Part shown: one piece after another, positions 17,547-27,755 of the stretch
Position numbering within the stretch: position 1 is the stretch's first letter
Layout: each line of letters begins with the position of its first letter
Assembly: GCA_965222115.1 (NCBI GenBank)
Contig: CBDCTJ010000001.1
Span: 64,001-128,000, forward strand
From: Planctomycetota bacterium
Lineage (GTDB): Bacteria; Planctomycetota; PLA2; JAEUHO01
Length of the DNA stretch: 64,000 nucleotides
Direction of reading: 5' to 3'
Made by a program: the position numbers and the translations under genes
The notes under the pieces: generated by a model
What the model was told of the DNA's origin: nothing
Database searches by the model: none
The model's input: the letters and a program-made list of their open reading frames with translations, nothing else

Positions 17547-18871
17547 GCGGTCCCCTCGGCACGGGCGCGATTGGCGTCGAGTTGCTTCTTGAGTGCAGGG
17601 GGTTGAAACGATCCGCGCTCGCGCAGTCGATCCATGCGCTTACGTACGTTTCGAATCCAGGGGCGCGCCGACTTCAAACTTCCTCCGAGGTAGCCGCGCA
17701 AGATGCCGCGCCGAAACGCAGGACATGCCAAAGCTTCAATCGATAGTGCGAGCGGCGCGAGGCCCTTCACGGCCTGCCTTCGTGACACGCGGGGAGCACC
17801 ACGTTCGAGCCGCATGAGGTCAATCGTCGAAAACGATGGCGGTAAACGCGAGTCATCGTCGTCCACAAAGATGTGCCATGCTTGAAGATCGCGGGGGAAT
17901 AGACGCGCCGTATGAAGTCCGCGAATGTATCGACCCAGGCCGCGTGCTACACGCGCGCCATGCACGCCTTCTCCGCCGTTTGACTTGTGGAGCCAAACGT
18001 CGAGGGCCGTGCCGGGAGCCGCTTCGGTCACTAGCGCACCCATACGCTTTCCATTCGAGACGCCTTCGAAGCAAAGCCACGGTTTGGGCGCACCAAAGCC
18101 TGCGGCGCGCACAGCCAATGTGTGCTGGAACTCCATCAGCGGGCTTCGACGTCGGTCAAGCGGTCGCGTTCGTTTGAGATACACAACCGTGCTCTCAAGC
18201 GTTAGGCGATGCACAACGCGGCGGCCCTCGCCTTCGACGTGCTCACCGTCTTCGGTCTCGGCCCAGCGATCCCACGACGCCCACCCCGTTCGCGCGAGCA
18301 CAGGAAGTGCATCATCATGAACATAAGCGGTCCAAGTCCCCGAGGAACGATCCAGGATGCGGTCGTGCTGTGTGGTGGGTCGTACGGGGAGTGCAAGCGC
18401 TGTCGATGAATGTCGCTTTTCATCGCCAACGAACACCATAGCGATCCCCAACCGCGCATTGGTTTGGCGCTCGGGCAGCGTGGCCAAGTTGTAGTCCTTC
18501 CCTTTTGCATGCACATCGGGCCGGAGTTCGTCGAGGAGCGCATCTACCGTGGCATCGTCGAACACAAACGCGGCGCTCACGGCGCCAAGCGATGCCACAA
18601 CTTCAACGCGCTCATGGGCCGGCACCTGGGGTCGCCCCGCCCCTCGCGTACGTCGCACGTGGGCATCACCGTTAACGGCCACCAACAGTACGTCACCGTG
18701 CTTGGCCGCGTCGTTCAACATGCGCACATGACCCACATGCAAGAGATCAAACACGCCATTGGTCAACACAATGCGCTTGCCCGCCGCACGTTGTGCACGC
18801 GTCCACGCGCTCACCGTTGCCCGCCTCAAAACGACACCCGTTGACGCAGACGTTGCACTCGGTTCATTCAT
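17543..18871 (-). CDS. Fusion of HldE-type adenylyltransferase domain and Kdo/WaaP-family kinase
   Basis: N-terminal TNGVFDLLHVGH...PDVHAKGKDY...HSST; C-terminal YLKR, LVTE, PRDLQAWHIF, IDL. Confidence 0.85.
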   Translation of the reverse strand: MNEPSATSASTGVVLRRATVSAWTRAQRAAGKRIVLTNGVFDLLHVGHVRMLNDAAKHGDVLLVAVNGDAHVRRTRGAGRPQVPAHERVEVVASLGAVSAAFVFDDATVDALLDELRPDVHAKGKDYNLATLPERQTNARLGIAMVFVGDEKRHSSTALALPVRPTTQHDRILDRSSGTWTAYVHDDALPVLARTGWASWDRWAETEDGEHVEGEGRRVVHRLTLESTVVYLKRTRPLDRRRSPLMEFQHTLAVRAAGFGAPKPWLCFEGVSNGKRMGALVTEAAPGTALDVWLHKSNGGEGVHGARVARGLGRYIRGLHTARLFPRDLQAWHIFVDDDDSRLPPSFSTIDLMRLERGAPRVSRRQAVKGLAPLALSIEALACPAFRRGILRGYLGGSLKSARPWIRNVRKRMDRLRERGSFQPPALKKQLDANRARAEGTA

Positions 18872-19515
18872 GGGGTGATGGGCTCCCCGGGCGACGTGGG
18901 AAGGGCAATGCCATCTTCCTTGAGTATAAACAGGGACGCTTCACGCATATCGCGTGCGACAAAGTCAGGATCAAAGGGCCCGCCCACGGGCAGGGGCCAC
19001 TTGTCGCGTGCCGCCGCAAGCAACACCGCACGCGTTCCGGCTCGCTTACCTGCAACGACATCGCGCTCGCCGTCGCCAATGGACCATGACTGTGAAAGAT
19101 CAATGCCATGCTCCTTGGCCGCTACGCGCCACATGCCATCCCCCGGCTTTCGATTTGGATGATCGGTGCAATACGGCGGCACCGTTCCATCGGGATGGTA
19201 GGGACAGTAGTAGGTTGCCAAGAGGGACACACCGAGTTCCTTAAGGGCCAACACAACACGAGCGGCCACCTGTTCGTAGCGTGCCACCGAGTACTTGCCA
19301 CGCGCAATGCCACTTTGGTTGGTCACAATGACCAAGTCATAACCAGCAGCCGTAAAGGCACGCAACGCTTCGACAACGCCGGGTAATAACAGGACACCAT
19401 CGGGATCATCGAGATAGCCGGGATCGTGAATGAGTGTCCCGTCGCGGTCCAGAAAGATGGCGCGCCGCACGGTCGATCCCTCTGTAGCAGCCGTGTCATC
19501 ACTAGCGGGATCCAA
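18868..19515 (-). CDS. gmhB: D-glycero-D-manno-heptose 1,7-bisphosphate phosphatase
   Basis: FLDRDGTL, VTNQSGIARG, CPYHP, RKPGDGM, IGD...D. Confidence 0.93.
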   Translation of the reverse strand: MDPASDDTAATEGSTVRRAIFLDRDGTLIHDPGYLDDPDGVLLLPGVVEALRAFTAAGYDLVIVTNQSGIARGKYSVARYEQVAARVVLALKELGVSLLATYYCPYHPDGTVPPYCTDHPNRKPGDGMWRVAAKEHGIDLSQSWSIGDGERDVVAGKRAGTRAVLLAAARDKWPLPVGGPFDPDFVARDMREASLFILKEDGIALPTSPGEPITP

Positions 19516-19524
19516 CGTGACCTC

Positions 19525-21021
19525 CTACGACGACGGACGAGCCTGATTGCCAATACGTTCGATCGTGCTTGTCGTGCTGCGACCGTCAAGCAGTTCAATC
19601 AACGCAACGCGTCCGCCGTAGGCTTCCACAACATCGCGTCCAACGACTCCTTTATCTTTCCAGTCCATGCCCTTGACAAGCACGTGTGGCTTCAGGGAAC
19701 GAATCAGCTCAAGCGGATCGTCTTCATCGAAGAGCACGACATGCGTAACCGCCGCAAGGCCAAGTAACACTGCCGCGCGATCGTCCTGCGCATTGACAGG
19801 GCGCGTCGGCCCCTTCAATGCGCGCACGCTGCGGTCAGTATTGAGGCCAACAACCAACACGTCACCCATGGCGCGCGCCTTGGCAAGGTAGTGAACGTGG
19901 CCAGCATGAAGAATATCGAAGCAGCCGTTAGTAAAAATGACGATTCGGCCATCATCGCGGTACTGCTGACAAAGCGATACGGCCACATCGTGCGCGGTCG
20001 CCGAGAGCCCCGCCATGCCTTCGCGCGCGGCCATCACGGCCAACCGCTTGGCAATGTCGGAGCGCGTAATGGGCACAACGCCGGCGTGTTCCACTTCGAT
20101 ACCCGCGGCTACGTTGGCAAGTGCGGCAGCGTCGTGCGGCGATGCGCCACCGGCCAGCGCAGTCCCCAACACGGCCAACACCACGTCACCGGCACCCGTC
20201 ACGTCAAAGACCTCACGAGGTTCGGTGGGCATGTGCGTTGCACGACGTTTGTCGCCTGATTCGGCGAAGACCATGCCATCGCGGTCGATCGTGGCCAACA
20301 CGAACGACACATCGAGTTCGTTCGCAAGGGACGATGCTGCGGTGCCCACCTCATCCGTCGTCAACGTCGGTAATCCCGTGGCTCGACGAAGCTCGTGGCG
20401 ATTGGGTGTGATCGCAGTCGCGCCGCGATAACGCTCAAAGTCGGTCGCTTTGTAGGGGTCCACGATCACGGGCGTGTTGGCGGATCGAGCGGATTGAATC
20501 ACGTACGCAAGTAGCGATTCGCTGAGAAGCCCCTTCCCGTAGTCGTTGATCAACACGACATCGCAATGTTCAAGCACCAGATTGACACGCTGCTTGAGCG
20601 CGTCTTCGGTTGGCTCTCGAACGGCATCCGTGGACTCTCGATCCACGCGCAACACCTGTTGGGCGTTCGCTGGACTTGTGGCGACATGCCTCGTCTTCGT
20701 GCTTGTCTCACGACCCGCCTCGACCACGACGTCCAACGTAATCTCGAGCTCGCGTGCCAGCGACTGCACCCGCACGCCCGCGTCGTCATCTCCAACGACC
20801 GCAATCATCGTCACCGATGCGCTAAGCACCCGCGCCACATGTGCGCTGAATCCGGCACCGCCCAGGCGCTCGTTTTCTTTGGTTACGCGTAAGATTTGAA
20901 TCGGTGCCTCGGGACTGATCCGATCCACGGTGCCGTGGCAATAGCGATCGAGGATGAGGTCCCCGATGACAAGCACGCGGGGGGATGACCACGCGGTGAG
21001 CACGGATTGCAGCGCGTTCAT
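19525..21021 (-). CDS. hldE: Bifunctional heptose 7-phosphate kinase / heptose 1-phosphate adenylyltransferase
   Basis: RISPEAP, DYGKG, TPN..E, DVTGAGD; FTNGCFDILHAGH, KGPTRPVN, STT. Confidence 0.96.
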   Translation of the reverse strand: MNALQSVLTAWSSPRVLVIGDLILDRYCHGTVDRISPEAPIQILRVTKENERLGGAGFSAHVARVLSASVTMIAVVGDDDAGVRVQSLARELEITLDVVVEAGRETSTKTRHVATSPANAQQVLRVDRESTDAVREPTEDALKQRVNLVLEHCDVVLINDYGKGLLSESLLAYVIQSARSANTPVIVDPYKATDFERYRGATAITPNRHELRRATGLPTLTTDEVGTAASSLANELDVSFVLATIDRDGMVFAESGDKRRATHMPTEPREVFDVTGAGDVVLAVLGTALAGGASPHDAAALANVAAGIEVEHAGVVPITRSDIAKRLAVMAAREGMAGLSATAHDVAVSLCQQYRDDGRIVIFTNGCFDILHAGHVHYLAKARAMGDVLVVGLNTDRSVRALKGPTRPVNAQDDRAAVLLGLAAVTHVVLFDEDDPLELIRSLKPHVLVKGMDWKDKGVVGRDVVEAYGGRVALIELLDGRSTTSTIERIGNQARPSS

Positions 21022-21992
21022 GAGACCGGCCCTTGATCAAGCGCATGCAAAATGGCCATACGCAGAAGCGGCACCATGATTTCGTGATGGCCCGCGAGGT
21101 CATACCCACGCACTGCAGGTCGCCGCAACACATTCGTCGTCGTTCGGTAGTGGCGTTGCATGTCGAGGTTGCCCGTCACGATGCGGAGACGCGCGCCATC
21201 GCGTCCATGGTGGGCCATGGCAACGGCTTTCAAGAAAACCTCCGGTAACACAACCGCGCTGCCCACATTGAGATAAACGCCTTGATCAAGACCACGCACC
21301 ATGGTGACCAAACGCAAGAAGTCGTGATGACTTGCAGCGCCAACGTGCTCACCTTTGCATGCGGGATGCATGTGTACGGTGTCGGTTCCAATGCCCACAT
21401 GAACGGTCACCGGCAGATCGGCGGCGGCGGCGTAACAAAGTAGCGAGGCGTCGGCGTGTGGTGGTGACATCGCTGCAAGGGAACGGCTAAGGGCGGTGCC
21501 CAAACCAATGGACTCAGCGCATGCCCGCGCCGCCGCATCGGCAAACACGTGTTCCCGTTTCGTCTGCGCTTCCGTACGTTCCGTTGAACAGCCCCGCCTC
21601 AACATCTTCGGACGTGCTTCCCGCAAGGGCACATTCGACATCGTGAATGGCCGCGGCGCCGTTCATGACGAAGCCGTGCACAATGCCACGTCGCGCAAGA
21701 TCCATCCAAAGCGGTGCGAGCCCCACCTTGATGACGTGACCGCCGAGTCCCACAAGCACGAGACAATCGCCTTGCACCGACGTGGCAATGGCGGCGGCCA
21801 GCCCACGCAACGATTCCGTCCCAAGAAACGCGGGCAGACTTTCGAGGAAGCGCGCCACGCTCGGCATCTAGGCGGAACTACCTTGGCAAAGCGGTCGATG
21901 CCGGCCTTGTGACCACGCCCGGCGAGCGGCGCAACCGAAAACCCAGATGGATCGGCCGGAGGCATCGGTTCGTTGGGAGCATCGGGGGCCAT
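21018..21992 (-). pseudogene. Deoxyhypusine-synthase-fold hypothetical protein split by two frameshifts (pseudogene or sequencing indels)
   Basis: Three overlapping ORFs join into one plausible protein: ...RFAKVVPP / SVARFLESLP...GGHVIKVGL...MNGAAAIHD.E.ALAGSTSEDV...ETG / VFADAAA...VTVHVGIGTD..HMHP...NVGSAVVLPEVFLKA...GHHEIM; shifts near 21870 and 21550. Confidence 0.8.
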
Positions 21993-22092
21993 GACGCAGC
22001 GATGCTACCGCGGTTGCCGGGGAACCTTCATGAAGCGCGCGTTGTTGGCGGCGAACCAGGCGCGCGGCCTGCGGAACCGTGGAACGTCCGGA

Positions 22093-23100
22093 TTAGGAAC
22101 CGGACCCGCGGTCGCTGTTTCGTCGAATGCGGTCGGCGAGTGCGGCACCGGTCGTGAGGGCGCCATCTGAACGCGTGGGTGCCGTCGCAATCACGCGGCC
22201 CGACGAGGCCACGGCTTCCTTAGGTTCACGAACATCGGGTTGGGCCGGCATGTCCATGGCATCGAGCGGTGGAAGTTGATCGGCGGCACGCGAGAGTTCC
22301 TCGTGTCCCGAGAGTCGTTTCACGGGATTGCGCGCTCTTGTCTTCCAGATCAGCGAAAGGAATACGAGCAGCACCAAACCCAGGGCACCAAAGAGCAAAT
22401 GGAAGAGGTGCTGCTCAAGGAACGGAATGTTGCCCGTATTCGAGACCACTCGCATCGTCCCCGTGACACCCGACCAAAGTGACTCGTAGTCATCCAGTTC
22501 ACTTTGCGGCACATCCAGCGTCATTAAGATAAACGTGCGATCTTTCGCGGTAATGGCCAGACGAAGGTGACGAGACGGATCACCGGCTTTGACGTTTTGG
22601 TAGCTCATGTCGCTGACGAGGCCCACCATGTCGCTGTTGATCTGGCGACGCGTGCAGCGATGCAACGCGAGCGAAGGCAGATCATGAAGAGACGACTCGA
22701 TACGTCGGAGTACGTCCCGGTTGGGCTGACTGCGAATGACATCGTCGCCGCGCGTGTCGGCCAACTCCCACGTACAAATCGTGATGGATGCACTGGGCTT
22801 GTTCTTGGCATCGAGTCGCGCATACATCTGCGCATCTTGCTCTCCAACGAGCAACACATCGAGGGCCGCTGCAATCTTGGCCGCGCGCTCGCGCGCCTCG
22901 GCACGGTCGTTGAGCGGAGCTTGGACGTACCCGCGCGGCACCACATAGCGCAGACGAGCGCCGTCCACACGCTGAATCGCGTGTGCCGCGAGGGGAAGGA
23001 GCAAAACGCACCCAACAAACAGTGCGAAGGCGATGAGACGAGGCGTGCGCACGATCAGAGCTCTCCGAAAATGAAGGACCGTGTTCACCCTTTCGGACAT
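22093..23100 (-). CDS. Hypothetical exported protein with C-terminal membrane anchor
   Basis: Signal-like helix ending AHA; TM FHLLFGALGLVLLVFLSLIW; start may be 23052. Confidence 0.7.
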   Translation of the reverse strand: MSERVNTVLHFRRALIVRTPRLIAFALFVGCVLLLPLAAHAIQRVDGARLRYVVPRGYVQAPLNDRAEARERAAKIAAALDVLLVGEQDAQMYARLDAKNKPSASITICTWELADTRGDDVIRSQPNRDVLRRIESSLHDLPSLALHRCTRRQINSDMVGLVSDMSYQNVKAGDPSRHLRLAITAKDRTFILMTLDVPQSELDDYESLWSGVTGTMRVVSNTGNIPFLEQHLFHLLFGALGLVLLVFLSLIWKTRARNPVKRLSGHEELSRAADQLPPLDAMDMPAQPDVREPKEAVASSGRVIATAPTRSDGALTTGAALADRIRRNSDRGSGS

Positions 23101-23198
23101 GAGCGCTGCGAACAGTGAGTTGCAATCGTCAGAATTCGCCGCTGGCGCCCATGCGTTTTGGAGACGTGGTGATGGACGCAAGTTTTGATTGTATTTTG

Positions 23199-24185
23199 TT
23201 AGCTAATTGCAGCATCGGAGAATTGCGGCCTCGCCGGCACGACACCTGGGAACCGCGCATACGCAGGCTCACGTGGACCAGGAACGGCATTGGGCGGGCG
23301 GGTCTTAAAGCGTCGATGGCACCAGTTGTATTGCGAGGGATTCCTACGAATGAGGGTCTCGAGGGCCGTGTTCATCGCCGCCAGGAATCGTTGTACGGAT
23401 GCATCGGATTCCTCTGACAAATCCACTTCTAGCCGCTTGGCGATGTATTCGAATTGGGTGGGATTGACGCGAGAACGCTCGTTGACCACCACGTACACGG
23501 GTACCCGGTACCGAAACGCCAGCGTCGCTGGCGTCGTGAACGTGCACGCAGGAATTCCAAAGAAGGGCGCAAAGATGCCGTGTTTCCCAGCATTTTGATC
23601 CGCCAAGATAATGACCCACTCACGCTGTTTAAGGGCACGGACGGCGCCTCGCATCGCCCCCCTTTTGGCAATGACGGAAGACGCCCCCCCACGCTGCTTA
23701 ATCGCCAGCTCATTGATGACCGGGTTTTCTAGCGTACGCATGATCGCACGGTACGGCACGCCCACTCGTCCCAACCAGCGCGCGCCCAGTTCCCAGGAAC
23801 CGTGGTGCGCAGAAACGAGCACACCGCCCCGTCCAGCACGAACATCCTTCAGAATCTCGGGCCAATCACCCATGACAACCGCTCGTCGTCGGTAGGCCCC
23901 GGCCGATCCGATCAGACGCTCGCCGATCACCGATTCGGCCGCTGCACGTGCCAAGGAGCCAAAGGAGCGTCGCGCCATCTGTATGCGTTCCGTCTCGGAA
24001 CACTCCGGAAACGCTAGGCGGAGGTTTTCTAGCGCAATCTCACGGCGATCACGATGAAGCCGAAACCAAAGCCCCCCACAGCGACCGGCCCAAGCCAACA
24101 TGCGCTCGGGCGGGATCGCATGAATTGCGGTGTGCAAGAGGCGCATGGCGCCTTGTATGAGATACTGCTTCGCCGTCCGGAGCAT
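23199..24185 (-). CDS. Lipid A late acyltransferase (LpxL/HtrB family)
   Basis: ALENLRLAFP, SAHHGSWE, LADQ, FFG, QYNWCHRRFK. Confidence 0.9.
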   Translation of the reverse strand: MLRTAKQYLIQGAMRLLHTAIHAIPPERMLAWAGRCGGLWFRLHRDRREIALENLRLAFPECSETERIQMARRSFGSLARAAAESVIGERLIGSAGAYRRRAVVMGDWPEILKDVRAGRGGVLVSAHHGSWELGARWLGRVGVPYRAIMRTLENPVINELAIKQRGGASSVIAKRGAMRGAVRALKQREWVIILADQNAGKHGIFAPFFGIPACTFTTPATLAFRYRVPVYVVVNERSRVNPTQFEYIAKRLEVDLSEESDASVQRFLAAMNTALETLIRRNPSQYNWCHRRFKTRPPNAVPGPREPAYARFPGVVPARPQFSDAAIS

Positions 24186-24285
24186 TGGCAGAGCATACGC
24201 CCGAAACCGCGTCCGGCATCGGGCTAGCCCGGAAACGTCGATCAATAATCCGAGCCCTTCCATTGCCCAACACGAGGAGTCGACC

Positions 24286-24558
24286 ATGACTGGCAAAGCG
24301 CCCGGCGAGGAACCGGAACTAGAGGTCTACGACCGCCCGGAGATGCCCTGGGAGCGCGAGGCCGAATCAAAAGGCGGCGGCTCCAAGATGGCAACCGCCG
24401 GGCTTGAGTTTGCACTCTTGGTGGTCGTGTTTTTCGGCGGAGGTTGGTGGCTCGACCAGCATTTCGGCACCGAACCCTGGCTCTTTATCGGCCTCGGAAT
24501 GCTCGGCGTGGCCGTGGGCATGTGGCGTTTGATCTCGCGGGCCAATCGGGGGTCGTAA
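24286..24558 (+). CDS. AtpZ/AtpI-family protein
   Basis: GAGGAG RBS; GWWLDQHFGTEPW motif; first gene of atp operon. Confidence 0.85.
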   Translation: MTGKAPGEEPELEVYDRPEMPWEREAESKGGGSKMATAGLEFALLVVVFFGGGWWLDQHFGTEPWLFIGLGMLGVAVGMWRLISRANRGS

Positions 24559-24729
24559 CGCGCCCTCGTTTAGCCGCCCGACCGCACCAAAATTGTCACG
24601 TTTTCACGCCTGACCGCTCCTTGCGATTTCGCCCGGGCGTGTTTCCCTTGCGGCCAGTTTGTCCGTGGAATTCGATTCAAAAACGACGCCGTCGTTGCCA
24701 GCGGAATCGGACCCGGACGTGAGACCTCC

Positions 24730-25161
24730 ATGGCCTTTGCCCTTCGCGCATTTCTGACCGCCCTTGCAAGCCTAGGTGTGCTTGCTTATCCAGCGTGGTT
24801 ATGGGGCAAGCAGGATGGTGTCTTGGCACTTGGCGTTGCGATTGCCGTGTGTTTCGTGGGTGCACTTGTAGGTCACCTTCCGCACCATTTCTTTCGCGGC
24901 CGAGATGAAGATGTCGCAAACGCAACGATGGCGGGCTTTGGGTTGCGCATGCTTACCACAGGTGCGATTGCATTTGCCATCGCGTCCATGTCGTCCCTAC
25001 CACGCACGCAGTTCATGATCTGGGTCGCGGTCGTGTACCTCGTCTTCTTGGTACTTGAAGTCATGGTGATGACGCGACAGTTGAGCGCACGCGAAAACAC
25101 AGCAGCCACTAGCGAGTCTACGGTGCCCGTTTCCCGCGGGTCGGGAGAGCAGTCCGCATGA
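24730..25161 (+). CDS. ATP synthase protein I-like membrane protein
   Basis: Four hydrophobic helices, G..LRM motif, ATGA overlap with atpB. Confidence 0.7.
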   Translation: MAFALRAFLTALASLGVLAYPAWLWGKQDGVLALGVAIAVCFVGALVGHLPHHFFRGRDEDVANATMAGFGLRMLTTGAIAFAIASMSSLPRTQFMIWVAVVYLVFLVLEVMVMTRQLSARENTAATSESTVPVSRGSGEQSA

Positions 25162-26000
25162 GTTGTTCGGCGATGACAATCAAGCCGATGGCACACGTGT
25201 TGGGTGCGGGCATGGACATGCAGTCCATTCTCGACCATGTGCTTCCGCACAAGTTGTTTGAGATCGGGAACTACACGTTCACCAACCATATGTTCATGTT
25301 GGTGCTGTCGGCCCTGTTGCTGATGATCATTGTGCCGATCGCGGCCTCAAAGACGGGCTTGGTACCCAAGGGGTTTCGCAACTGCCTCGAAGCCGTGATG
25401 CAGTACATTCGCGAAGACATTGCGCGTCCACTCCTTGGTAGCGTCACCGATCGCTGCATGCCGTTTCTTTGGACGCTCTTCTTCCTGATTCTCACTGCCA
25501 ACCTACTGGGAATGATTCCCCTTAGTGCCGCGGCGGCCGGCATCGACGCCCACTTGCAGCATTTGGGCGGCACCGCCACCGGCAACATCAGCATTACGCT
25601 AGGCCTCGCGCTATGCGCGTTCTTTTACGTGCACATTACGGGCATGCGCGTACAGGGCGTGGGCAAGTACTGGAATAATTTCTTCTTTGGTCACGCCCCT
25701 ATATGGATGGCACCTCTCATGATTCCGCTCGAGATTGTGGGCGCACTGGTCAAGCCGTTCGCGCTCTGCGTTCGTCTCTTTGCGAACATGACGGCCGGGC
25801 ACATCGTGTTGGCCATCTTCCTCGGTTTCGCCGTCGTGGGCATCAAAATGGGCGGCGCCATGCTCGGCGTCACGCTCGCTTCGGCCCTTGGCGCACTTGC
25901 CATTTCATTGTTGGAGCTGTTCGTCGCATTCCTGCAGGCCTACATCTTCACATTCCTGACAGCACTTTTCCTGGGAGCCGCCGTTCATAGCGACCACTAA
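25158..26000 (+). CDS. atpB: F0 subunit a
   Basis: NLLGMIP, TATGN, KPFALCVRLFANMTAGH, ELFVAFLQAYIF. Confidence 0.96.
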   Translation: MSCSAMTIKPMAHVLGAGMDMQSILDHVLPHKLFEIGNYTFTNHMFMLVLSALLLMIIVPIAASKTGLVPKGFRNCLEAVMQYIREDIARPLLGSVTDRCMPFLWTLFFLILTANLLGMIPLSAAAAGIDAHLQHLGGTATGNISITLGLALCAFFYVHITGMRVQGVGKYWNNFFFGHAPIWMAPLMIPLEIVGALVKPFALCVRLFANMTAGHIVLAIFLGFAVVGIKMGGAMLGVTLASALGALAISLLELFVAFLQAYIFTFLTALFLGAAVHSDH

Positions 26001-26124
26001 GAACACGACCCCACCCCTTGTTTTCGCTTGGGAAGCGATTTCGTTTCACCAACCAAGCAATCACCACAGAAACCGTGCCGCGTGGCGTCCGCTACACGGC
26101 CCCGACCATGGAGGAGACCCAATC

Positions 26125-26385
26125 ATGGGCCTCGACATTACCTTTCTCCCGCTTGCTGAAATGCTCTTCGACTTGACCAAGTTCGGCGCCTTCATTGGTG
26201 CGGGCCTCATCACGATTGGCGCTGCCAAAGGCATTAGCGCCATTGGTGCCAAGGCCGTGGAATCGATCGCACGTCAGCCCGAAGCGGGCGGCAAGATCCA
26301 GACGGCGATGATCATTTCAGCAGCGCTCATTGAGGGATTCACCTTCTTCGCGCTCATCATCTGCTTCTTGAAGGCCGGCGCGTAA
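26125..26385 (+). CDS. atpE: F0 subunit c
   Basis: GGAG RBS; GAGL..IGA, ARQPE, ALIEG. Confidence 0.96.
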   Translation: MGLDITFLPLAEMLFDLTKFGAFIGAGLITIGAAKGISAIGAKAVESIARQPEAGGKIQTAMIISAALIEGFTFFALIICFLKAGA

Positions 26386-26517
26386 CAGCGTTCGTTCTTC
26401 GAGAAGCGTTCGTTGCGCCAACGCCCGCACGCCCGTCTCTTGAGGGGCATCGGAATCTTTGGTGCTACGTATGCGCAACCTTCGTGTTCTTTCCGCAATG
26501 GGTTTCGGAGTGAAACC

Positions 26518-27138
26518 ATGGTTATGAGTCGTGTGCTGCGAAGCAGTCTCGCACTGTTCTGCGTGCTTGTGGGGCTGGCGGTTCTATCGGCGGCCCCCTG
26601 TATGGCTGCGGACACTGGCGGTGACGCGGGTGGCAAGTTGTTGGACGTTGACTGGAAGGCCATGCTCACCACGGTGGCGGTCTTTGCCCTTCTGTTGTTC
26701 GTCTTGAGCAAGACGGCGTGGAAGCCCATCCTCAATGGGCTGAAGCAACGTGAAGAGACGATTCAGAAAGCGCTAGACGACGCCAAAGAGGCCAACGAGA
26801 AGGCGCGCCAGTTGATCACGGACTACGAGCAAAAACTCGAGACCGCGAAAGACGAGGCTGCAGCAATCGCCGATGAGGCCCGTCGTGACGCTCAGACGAT
26901 TCGATCGCAAATCGAAGAGGATGGGCGCAAGACGGCAGCCGAAACGGTAGCGCGCGCCAAGGTGGAGATCGAACAGATCGCTGCCAAGGCCCGCGAGTCG
27001 GTGGTCAACGAGGCAGCGGGTCTCGCCACGGCTGCGGCTGCAAAGATCGTTAAGGGTCGCCTGAGCGACGACGATCACGCCGCGCTCGTGAGTGATGTCG
27101 TGGCCGACTTTGCCGCCAAGCACCGGAAGGACGCCTAG
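26518..27138 (+). CDS. atpF: F0 subunit b with N-terminal signal-like extension
   Basis: TM then AWKPIL..L..RE..I and a long coiled coil. Confidence 0.92.
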   Translation: MVMSRVLRSSLALFCVLVGLAVLSAAPCMAADTGGDAGGKLLDVDWKAMLTTVAVFALLLFVLSKTAWKPILNGLKQREETIQKALDDAKEANEKARQLITDYEQKLETAKDEAAAIADEARRDAQTIRSQIEEDGRKTAAETVARAKVEIEQIAAKARESVVNEAAGLATAAAAKIVKGRLSDDDHAALVSDVVADFAAKHRKDA

Positions 27139-27755
27139 TGTCTAACCACGCAACCAACGAGGCGTCGGGAAGCGAACATCTCTTCGCCGACCCGGGCGGT
27201 GTGGTCTATGCGCGGGCGCTCTTCGAAGCGGTCGATGCCGCGAACGGCACCGAGGGGCTCAAGCATTCGTGCGAGATCCTCGAGTCGATGCGCGCCGCGT
27301 GGGACAAGGACCGCACGTTTCGTGCGTTCTTCATGGCGGCTGAGGTGCGCGACGGGCAAAAGCTCGAAGCGCTCAACAAGATTGTGTCCGAGCGCTTTCC
27401 CAAGCTCACGGCCAACTTCTTGCGCCTCCTGCTACGTCGCGAACGCTTGCACCTGTTGCCCGACATTGCCGTGTCGTTTCGCGCGTTGCTCGACGAGCGA
27501 GTGGGTCGCACGCCGGTCACACTCACCACCGCGGTGCCCGTGCCGGAAGATCAATTCTTGGCCTGGGAAGCACAGATCCGCGACACCCTTGGCGGGGAAC
27601 CCGACATTGAACACATTGTCGATCCCAGCATTCTCGCCGGCGCGATATTGCGCGTAGGCGATTCCGTCACCGACGGCAGCGCCCGTCGCCAACTCAACGA
27701 CCTTCGTAAGCGAATCATCGAAAGAGGAACGAGTCCCCATGCGGTTCAATCCTGA
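27138..27755 (+). CDS. atpH: F1 delta subunit
   Basis: YARALF, NFLRLL...[15 protein letters not shown]...DGS. Confidence 0.92.
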   Translation: MSNHATNEASGSEHLFADPGGVVYARALFEAVDAANGTEGLKHSCEILESMRAAWDKDRTFRAFFMAAEVRDGQKLEALNKIVSERFPKLTANFLRLLLRRERLHLLPDIAVSFRALLDERVGRTPVTLTTAVPVPEDQFLAWEAQIRDTLGGEPDIEHIVDPSILAGAILRVGDSVTDGSARRQLNDLRKRIIERGTSPHAVQS

